Shown in pieces: positions 1-9,444 of a stretch of DNA of 64,000 bases. The notes beneath the pieces were generated by a model, which ran no database searches, had not been told where the DNA came from, and saw only the letters and a list, made by a program, of their open reading frames with translations. A program made the position numbers and the translations under genes. The stretch's first letter is position 1. Each line of letters starts with the position of its first letter. The DNA comes from Gemmatimonadota bacterium (GTDB lineage: Bacteria; Gemmatimonadota; Gemmatimonadetes; Gemmatimonadales; GWC2-71-9), in assembly GCA_039591655.1 (NCBI GenBank), contig JBDHDE010000001.1, forward strand, positions 58,031 through 122,030, written 5' to 3'.

Positions 1-179
1 CCATGCTCCAGGAAGTGATCCAGGAACGCCACCGTCTCCTCCATGGAGCGGTGCGGCTTCCAGATGACGAACCGGGCGACCTCCGGATCGGTGGCATACC
101 CCTGGTAGATCGCCTCCGCATCCTCGCGGCGGGGTGGACGGAGGATCAGCCGCTCCGTCGCGATGGTGGCCAGGGGCAT
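1..179 (-). CDS. RimJ/RimL-type GNAT N-acetyltransferase, 5' part only (runs off window start)
   Basis: Not in the ORF track. Manual translation from ATG at 179 gives MPLATIATERLILRPPRREDAEAIYQGYATDPEVARFVIWKPH, a typical T.RL.LR...D N-terminus of Acetyltransf_3 proteins. Confidence 0.8.
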   Translation of the reverse strand, partial: MPLATIATERLILRPPRREDAEAIYQGYATDPEVARFVIWKPHRSMEETVAFLDHFLEH

Positions 180-214
180 GCGGCTCGTCTCGGCGGCACT
201 CGCGCAGGTGCGCG

Positions 215-748
215 CTACTGGATGATCGATGCCACGTCGCCCGGCACCGCGGTGAACGTTCCCGCGAGCATTACCGAGTCGTCCCCCACGAAAAAGCTCG
301 TGGCGGAGAAACCGAACGAGCCCTGCAGCGTGTCTCCACTGGCGCTCGCGATAGTGAACGCGCCTGTGTCCGATACGAAGAACCCGAAGTCGGCCAGTGT
401 CACCTGGTGGAGGTACGCGGCCGTGAAGTCGTCCGCCGTGCAGCTGGTGCAATCCCCGGGGAAGATCACGTAGTCGCCGGGACCGGGCGCCGTGGGGTTG
501 TCCCGCCCGATCGTGATGAGATCGGAGTTGTTGGTCCCAGGCGTGCCGCGCACCATGGCCAGAACGAACACGTCTTGACCCTGGACTTGGGCCGTCCCGT
601 GGATCGCCTCCCCGCTCAGGTTGAGGCTCAGGTGGCCGCTCACGGTCGCCTGGAACGACCCTTGGGTCGCGGGCGCCGTGCTGTCGCCGCCGCACGCGGC
701 CGCTGCCAGAAGCACGGCTCCCCAGAGCCACATCCGTTGCTTGACCAC
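215..748 (-). CDS. Hypothetical lipoprotein
   Basis: Signal peptide with lipobox LAAAAC-GGDSTAP, followed by a beta-rich mature domain; purine-rich RBS upstream. Confidence 0.75.
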   Translation of the reverse strand: MVKQRMWLWGAVLLAAAACGGDSTAPATQGSFQATVSGHLSLNLSGEAIHGTAQVQGQDVFVLAMVRGTPGTNNSDLITIGRDNPTAPGPGDYVIFPGDCTSCTADDFTAAYLHQVTLADFGFFVSDTGAFTIASASGDTLQGSFGFSATSFFVGDDSVMLAGTFTAVPGDVASIIQ

Positions 749-771
749 GCTTCCCCCTTTGCTCTCCTCGT

Positions 772-1533
772 CTACTTCTCCAGGAACCGCCCCACCGCTT
801 CCTTGAAGTCCGGCGTGCTCCGTGCCACCGCGTTCACCTTCGCGCCCAGAGCGATGGCTTCCTCGAAGCTGCGCCCGTCGATTTCGTAGAGCTGCTGCTT
901 GATGAATGCCAGGGCGGAGCCGCTGGCCCCCGCCACCTCGCCCAGCAGCGCCGTCGTGTCATCCTCGAAGCTCGCCGCCGGCAGGACCCGGGAGACCAGC
1001 CCGACCTGCCGCGCCTCCTCCGCCGAGAGCATCCGGCCCGTGCCCACCAGGTCGAACGCCACCTTCTCGCCCACGGCGCGCCTGAGCATCGCCATCACCA
1101 TGGCCGGCACGAATCCACGGCGCACCTCCGGATAGCCGAAGGTTGCCTCGGCATGGGCGAAGACGAGATCACAGGCGCTGGCTAGCCCGCAGCCGCCGGC
1201 AAGCGCCCTGCCGCGCACCACTGCCACCACGGGCTTGGGCAGCGACCGCATGCGTATGAAGACCCGGCCGAGGCGCATCGCCCCGGCCTCGTTCTCCCCC
1301 GGCGACTGGTCGGCCGACGCCAGCAACTCGGCTAGGTCGGCTCCGGCACAGAAGTCCTTGCCGGCCCCCCGGAGGGCCACCACTCGTACCGCGGCATCCA
1401 GGTCGGCGCGCTGCAACTGCTCGTGGAGCTGCTCCACCATCGGTGTGTCGAGGGCGTTGCGCTTCTCCGGACGGTTCAGCGTGAGCTCCAGCACCCCGTC
1501 GCTCACCTGCGCCAGCACCCGTTCAGTCGACAT
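772..1533 (-). CDS. Enoyl-CoA hydratase/isomerase (crotonase), methylglutaconyl-CoA hydratase-like
   Basis: Motifs LNRPEKRNAL, FCAGADL, ALAGGCGL, FGYPEVRRG. Start trimmed to ATG 1533 (MSTERV). Confidence 0.9.
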   Translation of the reverse strand: MSTERVLAQVSDGVLELTLNRPEKRNALDTPMVEQLHEQLQRADLDAAVRVVALRGAGKDFCAGADLAELLASADQSPGENEAGAMRLGRVFIRMRSLPKPVVAVVRGRALAGGCGLASACDLVFAHAEATFGYPEVRRGFVPAMVMAMLRRAVGEKVAFDLVGTGRMLSAEEARQVGLVSRVLPAASFEDDTTALLGEVAGASGSALAFIKQQLYEIDGRSFEEAIALGAKVNAVARSTPDFKEAVGRFLEK

Positions 1534-1894
1534 CGAAGCCTCGCGGTATCGGGATCTCCATCCGCAGTAGCGCGGTGGAGAGCACCTTGCCCTGTGCATC
1601 GGTCTTGAGGGAGAGGGTGCCGCCCCCACCGAGCGCTCCATGCAGCAGGAAGTTGAGCGCGTTGAGGTTGGGCAACTCGTAGCGCTCCACGTCACCGGTG
1701 ATCAAGTCCCGGAAGTGTCGCGCCACGCGCTTGGCCGTCACGGCCTTCGCCAGGAGCGGGTAGTACTCGGGCTTGAGGGCGATGAGGCCGATGTTCGCCG
1801 TGTCACCCTTGTCGCCGGAGCGGGCGTGGGCCAGCCGGAGCAGCGGCACCGTTCTGCGAGGCTCGGAGGCTGCCGATCCGAGATCAGGCTGCAA
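1523..1894 (-). CDS. AtuA-related small protein (AtuA C-terminal ferredoxin-like domain)
   Basis: Motifs [39 protein letters not shown]. Start uncertain: TTG 1894 (GGAGG 9 nt upstream) or GTG 1849. Confidence 0.85.
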   Translation of the reverse strand: MQPDLGSAASEPRRTVPLLRLAHARSGDKGDTANIGLIALKPEYYPLLAKAVTAKRVARHFRDLITGDVERYELPNLNALNFLLHGALGGGGTLSLKTDAQGKVLSTALLRMEIPIPRGFDVD

Positions 1895-3251
1895 AGATCT
1901 CGACCTCCGGCACAACCTCCGACTTGGGAATCAGCGCCGGCCAGAAGGCCACGATCTCCTCGACCTTGGGCCGCCCGCCCGCGAATCCCGTGACGCTGGG
2001 AGGACCGTTCAGGATGAGGGGGGCGATCTCACGGGTGAAGCGCTGTACCGGGGCCGCCTCCCGTGCCCGGACTCCCACGCGGAGCTGCACCTCGGCGATG
2101 TCGGGATCCGGCTCGCCAGCGAGGCGACCGTGGGTGGCATTCACCCCCACGTACTCGGTCAACACCTGCTCGAACCCCAGTCCCAGCCGCTCCAGCCGTT
2201 CCCGCAGGATCGCGTCGGCCCTGCGCGCCTTCTTGTAGGCGTCGGGCCAGGCGTACACCAGTGTGCCGACCGCCTTGTAGCCGTACAGGTAGGAGATCGA
2301 GACCTTGTACGAGTCCGTCGCGGGCCGCCCCCGTATCCCGGAGACCCGTACCCGGTCCTTCCCTTCCTGCTCCAGGTGGATCGTGGTGAAGTCGGCGATC
2401 CCGTCGGGTGTGATGTACGTGCCGGGATCACCCATCTCGTACAGGAGCTGCTCGGTTACGCTTGCCACGGTCACCAACCCGCCCGTCCCGGAATGCTTGG
2501 TGACGGTGAACGTGCCGTCCTCGTCCATCTCGACGATCGGGTAGCCCGGATCGGCCATGTCCGGTATGCGCTCCCAATCCACGAGGCAGTTGCCCCCGGT
2601 GCACTGCGCCCCGCACTCGTTGATGTGGCCCGCAACGGTGCCGGCCGCGAGCCGGTCCCAGTCGTCCTCGGCCCACCCGAACTCGTGCAGCATGGGAGCC
2701 AGCGTGAGCCCGGTGTCGGTCACTCGACCCGTGATGACGATTGTGGCGCCCTGGCGCAGCGCTTCCACTACCGGCCACGCACCCAGGTACACGTTGGCAC
2801 TCTGCACTCGATCCCGCACCGTCTCGAGCGGCTCCCCGGTGTCGAGATTGACCAGCTTGCGGCCCCGGGCCATGAGCTCGTCGAGGCGGTCGAGGATGTC
2901 GTCGCCGGTCACCACTCCGACACGGACTCGTCCGCCCAGGCCGAGATTCTGTGCCGCCTCGTTCACGGCCTCACCGCACGCGCAGGGATTGACGCCGCCG
3001 GCGTTCGACGTGACATGGATACCGTGCTCGACGAGCTTGGGAAGCAGCCGCTCCATCAGCGGGACGAAGTCCTTGGCATAGCCAACCGCCGGATCCCGAG
3101 CGCGCTGCTTCTGCATGATGGACATCGTGACCTCGGCCAGGTAGTCCATCATCAGGTAGTCGATGGGCCCGCCCGTCACCTGGCGAACCGGCGCCTCGAG
3201 CCAATCGCCCCAGAAGCCCTGCCCCGATGCAATGCGAATGGTGCGCGTCAC
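1884..3251 (-). CDS. Acyclic terpene utilisation AtuA family protein (DUF1446)
   Basis: Motifs [51 protein letters not shown]. Confidence 0.9.
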   Translation of the reverse strand: MTRTIRIASGQGFWGDWLEAPVRQVTGGPIDYLMMDYLAEVTMSIMQKQRARDPAVGYAKDFVPLMERLLPKLVEHGIHVTSNAGGVNPCACGEAVNEAAQNLGLGGRVRVGVVTGDDILDRLDELMARGRKLVNLDTGEPLETVRDRVQSANVYLGAWPVVEALRQGATIVITGRVTDTGLTLAPMLHEFGWAEDDWDRLAAGTVAGHINECGAQCTGGNCLVDWERIPDMADPGYPIVEMDEDGTFTVTKHSGTGGLVTVASVTEQLLYEMGDPGTYITPDGIADFTTIHLEQEGKDRVRVSGIRGRPATDSYKVSISYLYGYKAVGTLVYAWPDAYKKARRADAILRERLERLGLGFEQVLTEYVGVNATHGRLAGEPDPDIAEVQLRVGVRAREAAPVQRFTREIAPLILNGPPSVTGFAGGRPKVEEIVAFWPALIPKSEVVPEVEIFAA

Positions 3252-3284
3252 CGTGACTCCGCCTGGCGTCCGACCCCGGCTACT

Positions 3285-6152
3285 CTAGCGCTCCACCGCA
3301 CCACGTCGGGTGGCGGCCGGACCCACTGTGGGCTCCGCGGTGACCTCGACGAACGGTACGAACCCCTCGGGCACCTCCACCTCGGGGGGCACCGGCGCGA
3401 ACTGGAGCCCCAGGGCGCGTCCCGGGGTCACCTCGACGGTGGCCGCGGCGCCGTATCCCAGGGGCGGCAGGGGGACGCGCTCCGTCCCCAGGTAGGTGAT
3501 CTGGACATCGGCGCGCCAGGTCTCGGCCGGGCGCACATGGGCGAAAGCGGGATACAGCTCCACGATGAGCGACGTTCCCTGCCTCGTGGAATCCAGCTCC
3601 AGCGTCAGCCGTCCGAACGGGTAGTCGAGGGGTCCGTCACGCAGCAGCAGCCCAGTGCTGTCGAACACGGTGACGCCGAAGTCCGTGAGCTGATGCCACA
3701 GGTTACCTGGCAGCTCCACATCCACGATCATCTCGGTGGCCCATGGTGGGGCCCGGGTCTTGACGAAGCGGGGGGCGGCGCCGCTGCCCTCGAGGGTCTC
3801 GCGGTGCGCCACCCCAATGAGGTCCGCACTCACCCGGGCCACGACAGGTTCGGTCCCGGTGCAGCGGAAGGAAGCGGAGGGCCCCGTGCCCAGGGATGCC
3901 ACGCTCACCTCTGGTAGGGCCGCGCTGAACTCGTACTTGACGGCGTCGAGTGGAGGCGCCACGACCACTGCCTCGTACACACCCGGCACCAGGTCGTTGC
4001 CCGACACCATGAGGTTCACGGACTGCGGCTGGAGGCCTCCAGCCGCACGGCTACTGCCACCCCGGAACGGCTGCCCGTTGCGCTCGAACAGGTACACCGT
4101 GGCCTCGTCGCCCCGCCTTGGGAGGCTGAGCTCTAGGGCGAGGCCGCCGCTCCCCTCCGGCACGTCGAGGAAGTAGCGGGCAACGGCCCCGGGCGTGAGC
4201 ATGCCGCGCACCTTGAGGGGCGTGTCCAGGGTGTACGGTACCACAACCGTGTTGGTGAGACCGAACGATGGTCCGGCCAGCGTATCGCTGGCGGGGCGCG
4301 CCCAAACGGTGCCGACATAGAGCCCCGGATCACGCAACTGCTCGGCGTCGTAGGAGAGACTCACCGTCACCGGCCCGCCTCCCGGCTCCATGACGCGGGG
4401 AGTCTCGATCCACGGGGTGTCGGACTCGAGGAGCAGCCGGGCGGCCGGCTGGCCCCCTACCGAGGTGACCACGAACCGCTGAATGGTATCCCCCGACGAC
4501 GCCAGCCCCGAGCGTCGGTAAGCCGCTGATCCCCTGGATGTGTTCCCCCCATCGGGGAGCGCCTGGACGTGGTACACTCCTGCCTGATGGGCCGCCCTGA
4601 GCCAGCGGTAGGCTGCCGTCGCGTTGGGAATGCCGCTTCCCTGATCGAGCACCGTTCCACCGCCCAGCGGCCTGGCCGTGGCCTGGATGGCCTGCTTGAG
4701 GTCGATGGCCCGCACCGAGCCGCCGTTTTGCTGGATGCCCGACAGCAGGAGCGCCGCTAGCCCGGCCACATGGGGGGCCGCCATGCTGGTGCCGCCGGAG
4801 ATCTCCTCCCCCGCCTGCCAGGGAGGGACATTGGAGAACGCCACGCCCGGCGCGCAGACGTCGGGCTTGGCGACCTCCCCACCCCTGGCGCTCCACCACC
4901 CCAGCACGTCGGTCTCGGGAGCGACGCCGGGCTGGGGCGCCTTGGCAAACACGCCGGGGAACAGCGCGCACACCGATAGTGAGTAGGCCGCCGAGCCCGG
5001 GAATCCGAGACTCGAGATTCCCGGCCCGTCGTTGCCGACGCTGATCACGAACAGCACATCGGGGTGCTTGAGGCTGAATTCATTGATGAGGGAGTCGATG
5101 GCCGCGATCCCTTCGAGCTCGTTCCCGACCCCGAAGCTGAGGTTGAGCACCAGCGGCAGCGCGCGCCGGCGGGCGAAGTTCGCGGCGTAGTTCATCGCCC
5201 GCACCATGCTGCCGGTCACGGAGATGCCGCCCCGCGTATTGTTCGAGATCTTGAGGCCCAGGAGCTGGGCGCCGGGTGCCACCCCATCGAACCCTTCGAC
5301 ACCGAACATGTTGTGCCCTGCCGCGATGCCGGCGACGTGGGTTCCGTGACCCGAGTTGTCGAGGAAGAAATCCAGGACGGGACGGCCATCCTCCTCGGAG
5401 AAGTTGACCGCAATGGTCATCGACCCCGACCCCTCACCACCCATGGGACTCAGGTAGGAGAAGGTCTCGGCGGCTACCAGGTAGTCGTGCACCGGGCGCT
5501 CGTCGTCGAGCATGCCGTCACCGTCGGTGTCCGTCACCACCACCCAGCCGCCGCTGGCCCGGCCCACGACCACGGGGAACTCGTCGGTCATGCGGCCGTT
5601 GTCGTTCACGTCGGCTGCCGGCGTGGCGCCGAGCGTGATCTCCCGGAACAGCCCGCCATAGTAGGGACCCGCCGCGAAGCCGGCCACCCGTGCGAATCCG
5701 GCCAGGCGATGGCCCATGACCTCCATGGTACCTTCGACGCCGCGGGCTATCGGGGACAGGGGGATGCGCCCCTCGCCTGAGAAATCCCTCAGATCCAGGA
5801 TCTTGCGCACACCGTGGCCGGTCACCTGTAACCCCGGCACCACGGCATCGAGCCCGCTGTCCAGGATGCCGATCACCACGCCGCGTCCGTCGTAGGTCGG
5901 GTAGGCTAGACGGAACGAATCCACCCCGATGCTTCGCACCGGCATCAGCCCCGCCAGCATGGCGTACTGCGGCGGCAACACGGGCTCCTTCGTTGCGACA
6001 CCGGTGCGATCGGCACGAACGGCCGGCGCGACTGTGGGTGGCACGACGGCGGGCCGAGGCTCCGCCTGCGGCGCCGAGCTCCCGGCACACGCGGTTGATG
6101 CCGCGGCGATGAGCACCCACCACGGCCACTGCAACGTGATCGGCTGGCTCAC
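3285..6152 (-). CDS. S8 subtilisin-family serine protease, tripeptidyl-peptidase II-like, predicted lipoprotein
   Basis: Catalytic triad motifs ILDSG (D98), HGTHVAG (H269) and GTSMAAP; PDVCAPG; lipobox-like AASTAC (C22). Confidence 0.9.
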   Translation of the reverse strand: MSQPITLQWPWWVLIAAASTACAGSSAPQAEPRPAVVPPTVAPAVRADRTGVATKEPVLPPQYAMLAGLMPVRSIGVDSFRLAYPTYDGRGVVIGILDSGLDAVVPGLQVTGHGVRKILDLRDFSGEGRIPLSPIARGVEGTMEVMGHRLAGFARVAGFAAGPYYGGLFREITLGATPAADVNDNGRMTDEFPVVVGRASGGWVVVTDTDGDGMLDDERPVHDYLVAAETFSYLSPMGGEGSGSMTIAVNFSEEDGRPVLDFFLDNSGHGTHVAGIAAGHNMFGVEGFDGVAPGAQLLGLKISNNTRGGISVTGSMVRAMNYAANFARRRALPLVLNLSFGVGNELEGIAAIDSLINEFSLKHPDVLFVISVGNDGPGISSLGFPGSAAYSLSVCALFPGVFAKAPQPGVAPETDVLGWWSARGGEVAKPDVCAPGVAFSNVPPWQAGEEISGGTSMAAPHVAGLAALLLSGIQQNGGSVRAIDLKQAIQATARPLGGGTVLDQGSGIPNATAAYRWLRAAHQAGVYHVQALPDGGNTSRGSAAYRRSGLASSGDTIQRFVVTSVGGQPAARLLLESDTPWIETPRVMEPGGGPVTVSLSYDAEQLRDPGLYVGTVWARPASDTLAGPSFGLTNTVVVPYTLDTPLKVRGMLTPGAVARYFLDVPEGSGGLALELSLPRRGDEATVYLFERNGQPFRGGSSRAAGGLQPQSVNLMVSGNDLVPGVYEAVVVAPPLDAVKYEFSAALPEVSVASLGTGPSASFRCTGTEPVVARVSADLIGVAHRETLEGSGAAPRFVKTRAPPWATEMIVDVELPGNLWHQLTDFGVTVFDSTGLLLRDGPLDYPFGRLTLELDSTRQGTSLIVELYPAFAHVRPAETWRADVQITYLGTERVPLPPLGYGAAATVEVTPGRALGLQFAPVPPEVEVPEGFVPFVEVTAEPTVGPAATRRGAVER

Positions 6153-7771
6153 GAGAGGACGAAGTCCAGTGGCGGCAGGACGAAGGCTCCCAGGTGGGGG
6201 CCCCGGTAGTATCGCGTGGCACCCAACGCGAACCCCAGCATGGCACGCGCGTCCTCGGGAACGACTATCGCGTCCACGAAGCCCCGGGCCGCCGCGTACT
6301 TGGCGTCGAGGTTGTGCTCGTAATCGGCCCGCATCTTCTCCACCGCATCGGCGAGTTCGGGATCGTCGACCCGATCCCCGAATACCGCATTCACCGCCGA
6401 CTCTCCCTCCATGACACCCATGCGCCCGGTGGGCAGCGACAGAATGAAATCGGGGTCGAACCCCTGGCCCGCCATCGCGTAGTAGCCGGCGCCCGACGCG
6501 TGATTCACCGTGAGCACGAGCTTGGGCACCACTGCCGCAGCCATCGCCTCGACGAACATCGCTCCCGCTCGGATGATTCCGGAGTGCTCAGCCTCAGGCC
6601 CGACCATGAAGCCGCTCACGTCCTGCACGAACAGTAACGGAATCCGCTCACGGCTCGCGTTGTCGATGAAGTAGGCAACCTTCTCGGCGCTCTCGGTGTA
6701 GACGATGCCCCCGACCTTGGGAGCCTCGCCGGGCTGACCCTTGATGAGGCCGCGCCGGTTCGCGATGAGGGCGACCCGGTGACCTTCGACTGCTCCGTGA
6801 CCACAGATCATCTCCTCCGCGATCTCGGGTTGGAACTCGTCGAGCCGACCCTCATCGAGTATGCAGTCCAGCACGTCCCGCATGTCGTACGCCATACGGT
6901 GGTCCGGCGGGAGAATATCGTACAGCTCGGCCGGCGCTCTCTTCGGGGGCTCCCCGGAGCCGCACTCTGCCGCCTCCCGTGCGAACGCCGCATCGGGTAG
7001 CCGCGCCACATAGTCGCGGATCTTGGTGATGCACTCGGAGTCATCCTTGGCTCGGTAGTGCGCCACGGCAGAGACGGCGGTGTGGGTGACGGCCCCTCCC
7101 AGCATCTCGCCGTCGACCCGCTGTCCCGTGGCCCCCTTCACGAGGTTCGGGCCGCCGAGCCCCATGAACGACGTCCCGTCCGTCATGAAGATCACGTCGG
7201 ACAGCGCAGGGAGGTACGCACCTCCCGCTACGCATTGCCCCATTACCGCGCTGATCTGTGGCACGTGGAGGTAGCGACGCATCAGCGAGTTGTAGTAGAA
7301 GATCCGCGCGGCGCCGTACTGCCCGGGGAACACGCCTTCCTGATATGGCAGGTTCACCCCGGCCGAGTCCACCAGGTAGATGATCGGTATGCGCTCCCGC
7401 ATGGCGATCTCTTGTGCCCGGAGCATCTTCTTGATGGTCTCCGGCCACCAGGACCCGGCCTTGACGGTGGCGTCGTTCGCGATAACGACGACGTGCCGGC
7501 CCGCCACCTGTGCGACACCGGTGATCACGCCCGCTCCAGGCGCCTGTCCGTCGTACCGATCGTAAGCGACCAGAAGGCCCACTTCGAGCCACGGTGTGTC
7601 CGGATCCCGCAGCTGGCCGACGCGCTCGCGGGCCGTCAGCTTCCCCTGGTCGTGCTGTTTCTTGATCTTGGCCGGTCCCCCGCCCTGCTCGAGACGGACC
7701 GCCAGCTCGCGGTACTCCTCGCCGAGCTCGCGGAGGCGGGAGTGCTGGGTCAAAGATCCGCCGCTCGTCAC
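6149..7771 (-). CDS. Acyl-CoA carboxylase carboxyltransferase (beta) subunit, MCC/geranyl-CoA carboxylase-like
   Basis: Motifs [47 protein letters not shown]. Start GTG 7771 overlaps the upstream stop (GTGA). Confidence 0.9.
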   Translation of the reverse strand: MTSGGSLTQHSRLRELGEEYRELAVRLEQGGGPAKIKKQHDQGKLTARERVGQLRDPDTPWLEVGLLVAYDRYDGQAPGAGVITGVAQVAGRHVVVIANDATVKAGSWWPETIKKMLRAQEIAMRERIPIIYLVDSAGVNLPYQEGVFPGQYGAARIFYYNSLMRRYLHVPQISAVMGQCVAGGAYLPALSDVIFMTDGTSFMGLGGPNLVKGATGQRVDGEMLGGAVTHTAVSAVAHYRAKDDSECITKIRDYVARLPDAAFAREAAECGSGEPPKRAPAELYDILPPDHRMAYDMRDVLDCILDEGRLDEFQPEIAEEMICGHGAVEGHRVALIANRRGLIKGQPGEAPKVGGIVYTESAEKVAYFIDNASRERIPLLFVQDVSGFMVGPEAEHSGIIRAGAMFVEAMAAAVVPKLVLTVNHASGAGYYAMAGQGFDPDFILSLPTGRMGVMEGESAVNAVFGDRVDDPELADAVEKMRADYEHNLDAKYAAARGFVDAIVVPEDARAMLGFALGATRYYRGPHLGAFVLPPLDFVLS

Positions 7772-8184
7772 TCGGCGCCCTCTTCCGACCACGCGATGAT
7801 GTAATCCACGATCTCCTGCGTGGCGCTGCCGGGGCCGAACAGCTTGGCGACCCCCTGGTCCTCGAGCTTCTCGATGTCCTCTTGGGGGATGATCCCGCCG
7901 CCGATGAGAAGCACCTCGGGTCGTCCGGCCTCACCCAGGAGCTCTCGCACGCGGGGGAAGAGCGTCATGTGGGCGCCCGAGAGAATGGAGAGACCGACCA
8001 CGTCCACATCTTCCTGCACGGCCGCGGTGGCGACCATCTCGGGGGTCTGATGCAGCCCCGTGTAGATCACCTCCATCCCCGCATCCCGCAGCGCCGCCGC
8101 CACCACCTTGGCCCCTCGGTCGTGGCCGTCCAAGCCCGGCTTGGCGACCAGGATGCGGATGGGACGACCCACTCTCTTCGCCAT
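7768..8184 (-). CDS. Cobalamin-binding small subunit of acyl-CoA mutase (IcmB/MCM C-terminal type)
   Basis: B12-binding motif [10 protein letters not shown], plus SILSGAH and GGGIIP. Confidence 0.93.
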   Translation of the reverse strand: MAKRVGRPIRILVAKPGLDGHDRGAKVVAAALRDAGMEVIYTGLHQTPEMVATAAVQEDVDVVGLSILSGAHMTLFPRVRELLGEAGRPEVLLIGGGIIPQEDIEKLEDQGVAKLFGPGSATQEIVDYIIAWSEEGAE

Positions 8185-8193
8185 GGTGCGCGG

Positions 8194-8222
8194 AACCTAG
8201 CGTTGAGTGTGAACGGAAACAA
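8194..8222 (-). promoter_or_regulatory. Sigma70-type promoter (TTGTTT-N17-TAGGTT), 9 nt upstream of the ATG at 8184
   Basis: -35 at 8217-8222, -10 at 8194-8199, 17-nt spacer, no SD. Confidence 0.55.
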
Positions 8223-8243
8223 GCGTCGCGCGCATCATCTCTC

Positions 8244-9419
8244 TCATCGCTTTCTGAAGCGCAGCAGGGCCGCGAGGCCGTCCACCCGGGAGCGAGCGTC
8301 GCCGTCCTCCACGACCTCCACGTGACTGCCCTGTCGCAGAGCTTCCTCGATGGCCTCGTCGATCACGTCGGGCACGGCCTCCGCATCGCCCTCGGCGCCG
8401 CAGTCCTCGTCCGCCGTGGTCAGGCGGCCGGTCTGGGCACACCGGAAGCCGCTCCGCTCCACCGTGGGATCCACGAGGAGGGTCCGGACCTGGCCCTGCG
8501 CCAGAGCTGCGAGCACCGCCGCCACGCCGTTCACCGCCCACCCGGTCCCGAGCCGCTCCCGGAGTGAGGCTACGTGCTCCGCTTCCCACATGCGCTCCGT
8601 GTCACGGCGCACGCCGAGCACGGCGTCGCGGACCTCGGCCGGCGTGGCGGTCTTGGGATTCAGCTTGGCAGAACCGAGGAGCAGCTTCACCAGGTAGGGA
8701 TGCAGGTGTGGCTCGACGGCATCCGCGTCGGCACCCGTCCCCGCCAGCACGATGCCCCTGACAGCCAGCTCCCGGGAAGCGTCGAACAACCGGTGCGCGA
8801 TCTGGGCGTAATGGCGCTGCTTCTCTTCCCGGATGCGCTGGTGGTACTTGTGCTCGCCGGCCGACCCCAGGCCGCGGAACCGCCCGGGTCGCGTGGTATC
8901 CCCCGCCGGGAGGCTGGAGTGCTCCTCCACCCCGAAAGCGGTGACCTCAAAGAAGCGTGCGCCGGTGCGATCGTACGCGGCACACAGCACGAGGCCGAAC
9001 TCGTCATTGAGCGCCGCCGCCTCGCGAATCAGCGGGGAATGGTCGATGGCGAGCCGGGAGCGGAAAACTCGCGGTAGCGGCACCGCTTCGAACAGGTCGA
9101 GCGGTTCACACGCGAACAGCGCGATGCCCGCTCCAGTGGCGAGATTGCCCGGGTCCTCCAGGTATTCCCTAATGCGGTTCAGGTCGCGTGCGATGACCTC
9201 GCGATCGTTCCGCGGGATGTCCCGCTCCTCCAACCGTGCAAGACGTTCCTTGATGCGGTTCTTGAGCTTGATCAGGTACTTCCCACGACTCCGGTCTCGT
9301 GGCTCCAGCTTGAGATAGCACGAGACCACCCAGTGCTCAGTGGCGCCGAGCTCCGCCAGCCAGTCAACGATCGGCTGTACCGTCGCGGCGCGACCGGGCT
9401 CCGACGTCAGCCGGCCCAT
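8244..9419 (-). CDS. Bacterial aeRF1/pelota-fold protein (baeRF family; Balon-like)
   Basis: Three-domain eRF1-like layout: N-domain with VVSCYL and GIALFAC; RNase H-like middle domain YDRTGARFF; L7Ae-like C-domain G.V.TLLV...GLAALLRF. No GGQ. Start trimmed to ATG 9419. Confidence 0.8.
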   Translation of the reverse strand: MGRLTSEPGRAATVQPIVDWLAELGATEHWVVSCYLKLEPRDRSRGKYLIKLKNRIKERLARLEERDIPRNDREVIARDLNRIREYLEDPGNLATGAGIALFACEPLDLFEAVPLPRVFRSRLAIDHSPLIREAAALNDEFGLVLCAAYDRTGARFFEVTAFGVEEHSSLPAGDTTRPGRFRGLGSAGEHKYHQRIREEKQRHYAQIAHRLFDASRELAVRGIVLAGTGADADAVEPHLHPYLVKLLLGSAKLNPKTATPAEVRDAVLGVRRDTERMWEAEHVASLRERLGTGWAVNGVAAVLAALAQGQVRTLLVDPTVERSGFRCAQTGRLTTADEDCGAEGDAEAVPDVIDEAIEEALRQGSHVEVVEDGDARSRVDGLAALLRFRKR

Positions 9420-9444
9420 GCCACCGCGGGTTGCGCTCGCGCCT

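Noticed and set aside
1773..3917. Long antisense ORFs (e.g. 1773-3917 +, 28302-30326 +, 30459-32465 +, 46734-48644 -, 57218-59041 +)
   Set aside because: They shadow well-supported genes on the opposite strand, show no recognisable motifs, and are expected in ~70% GC DNA.
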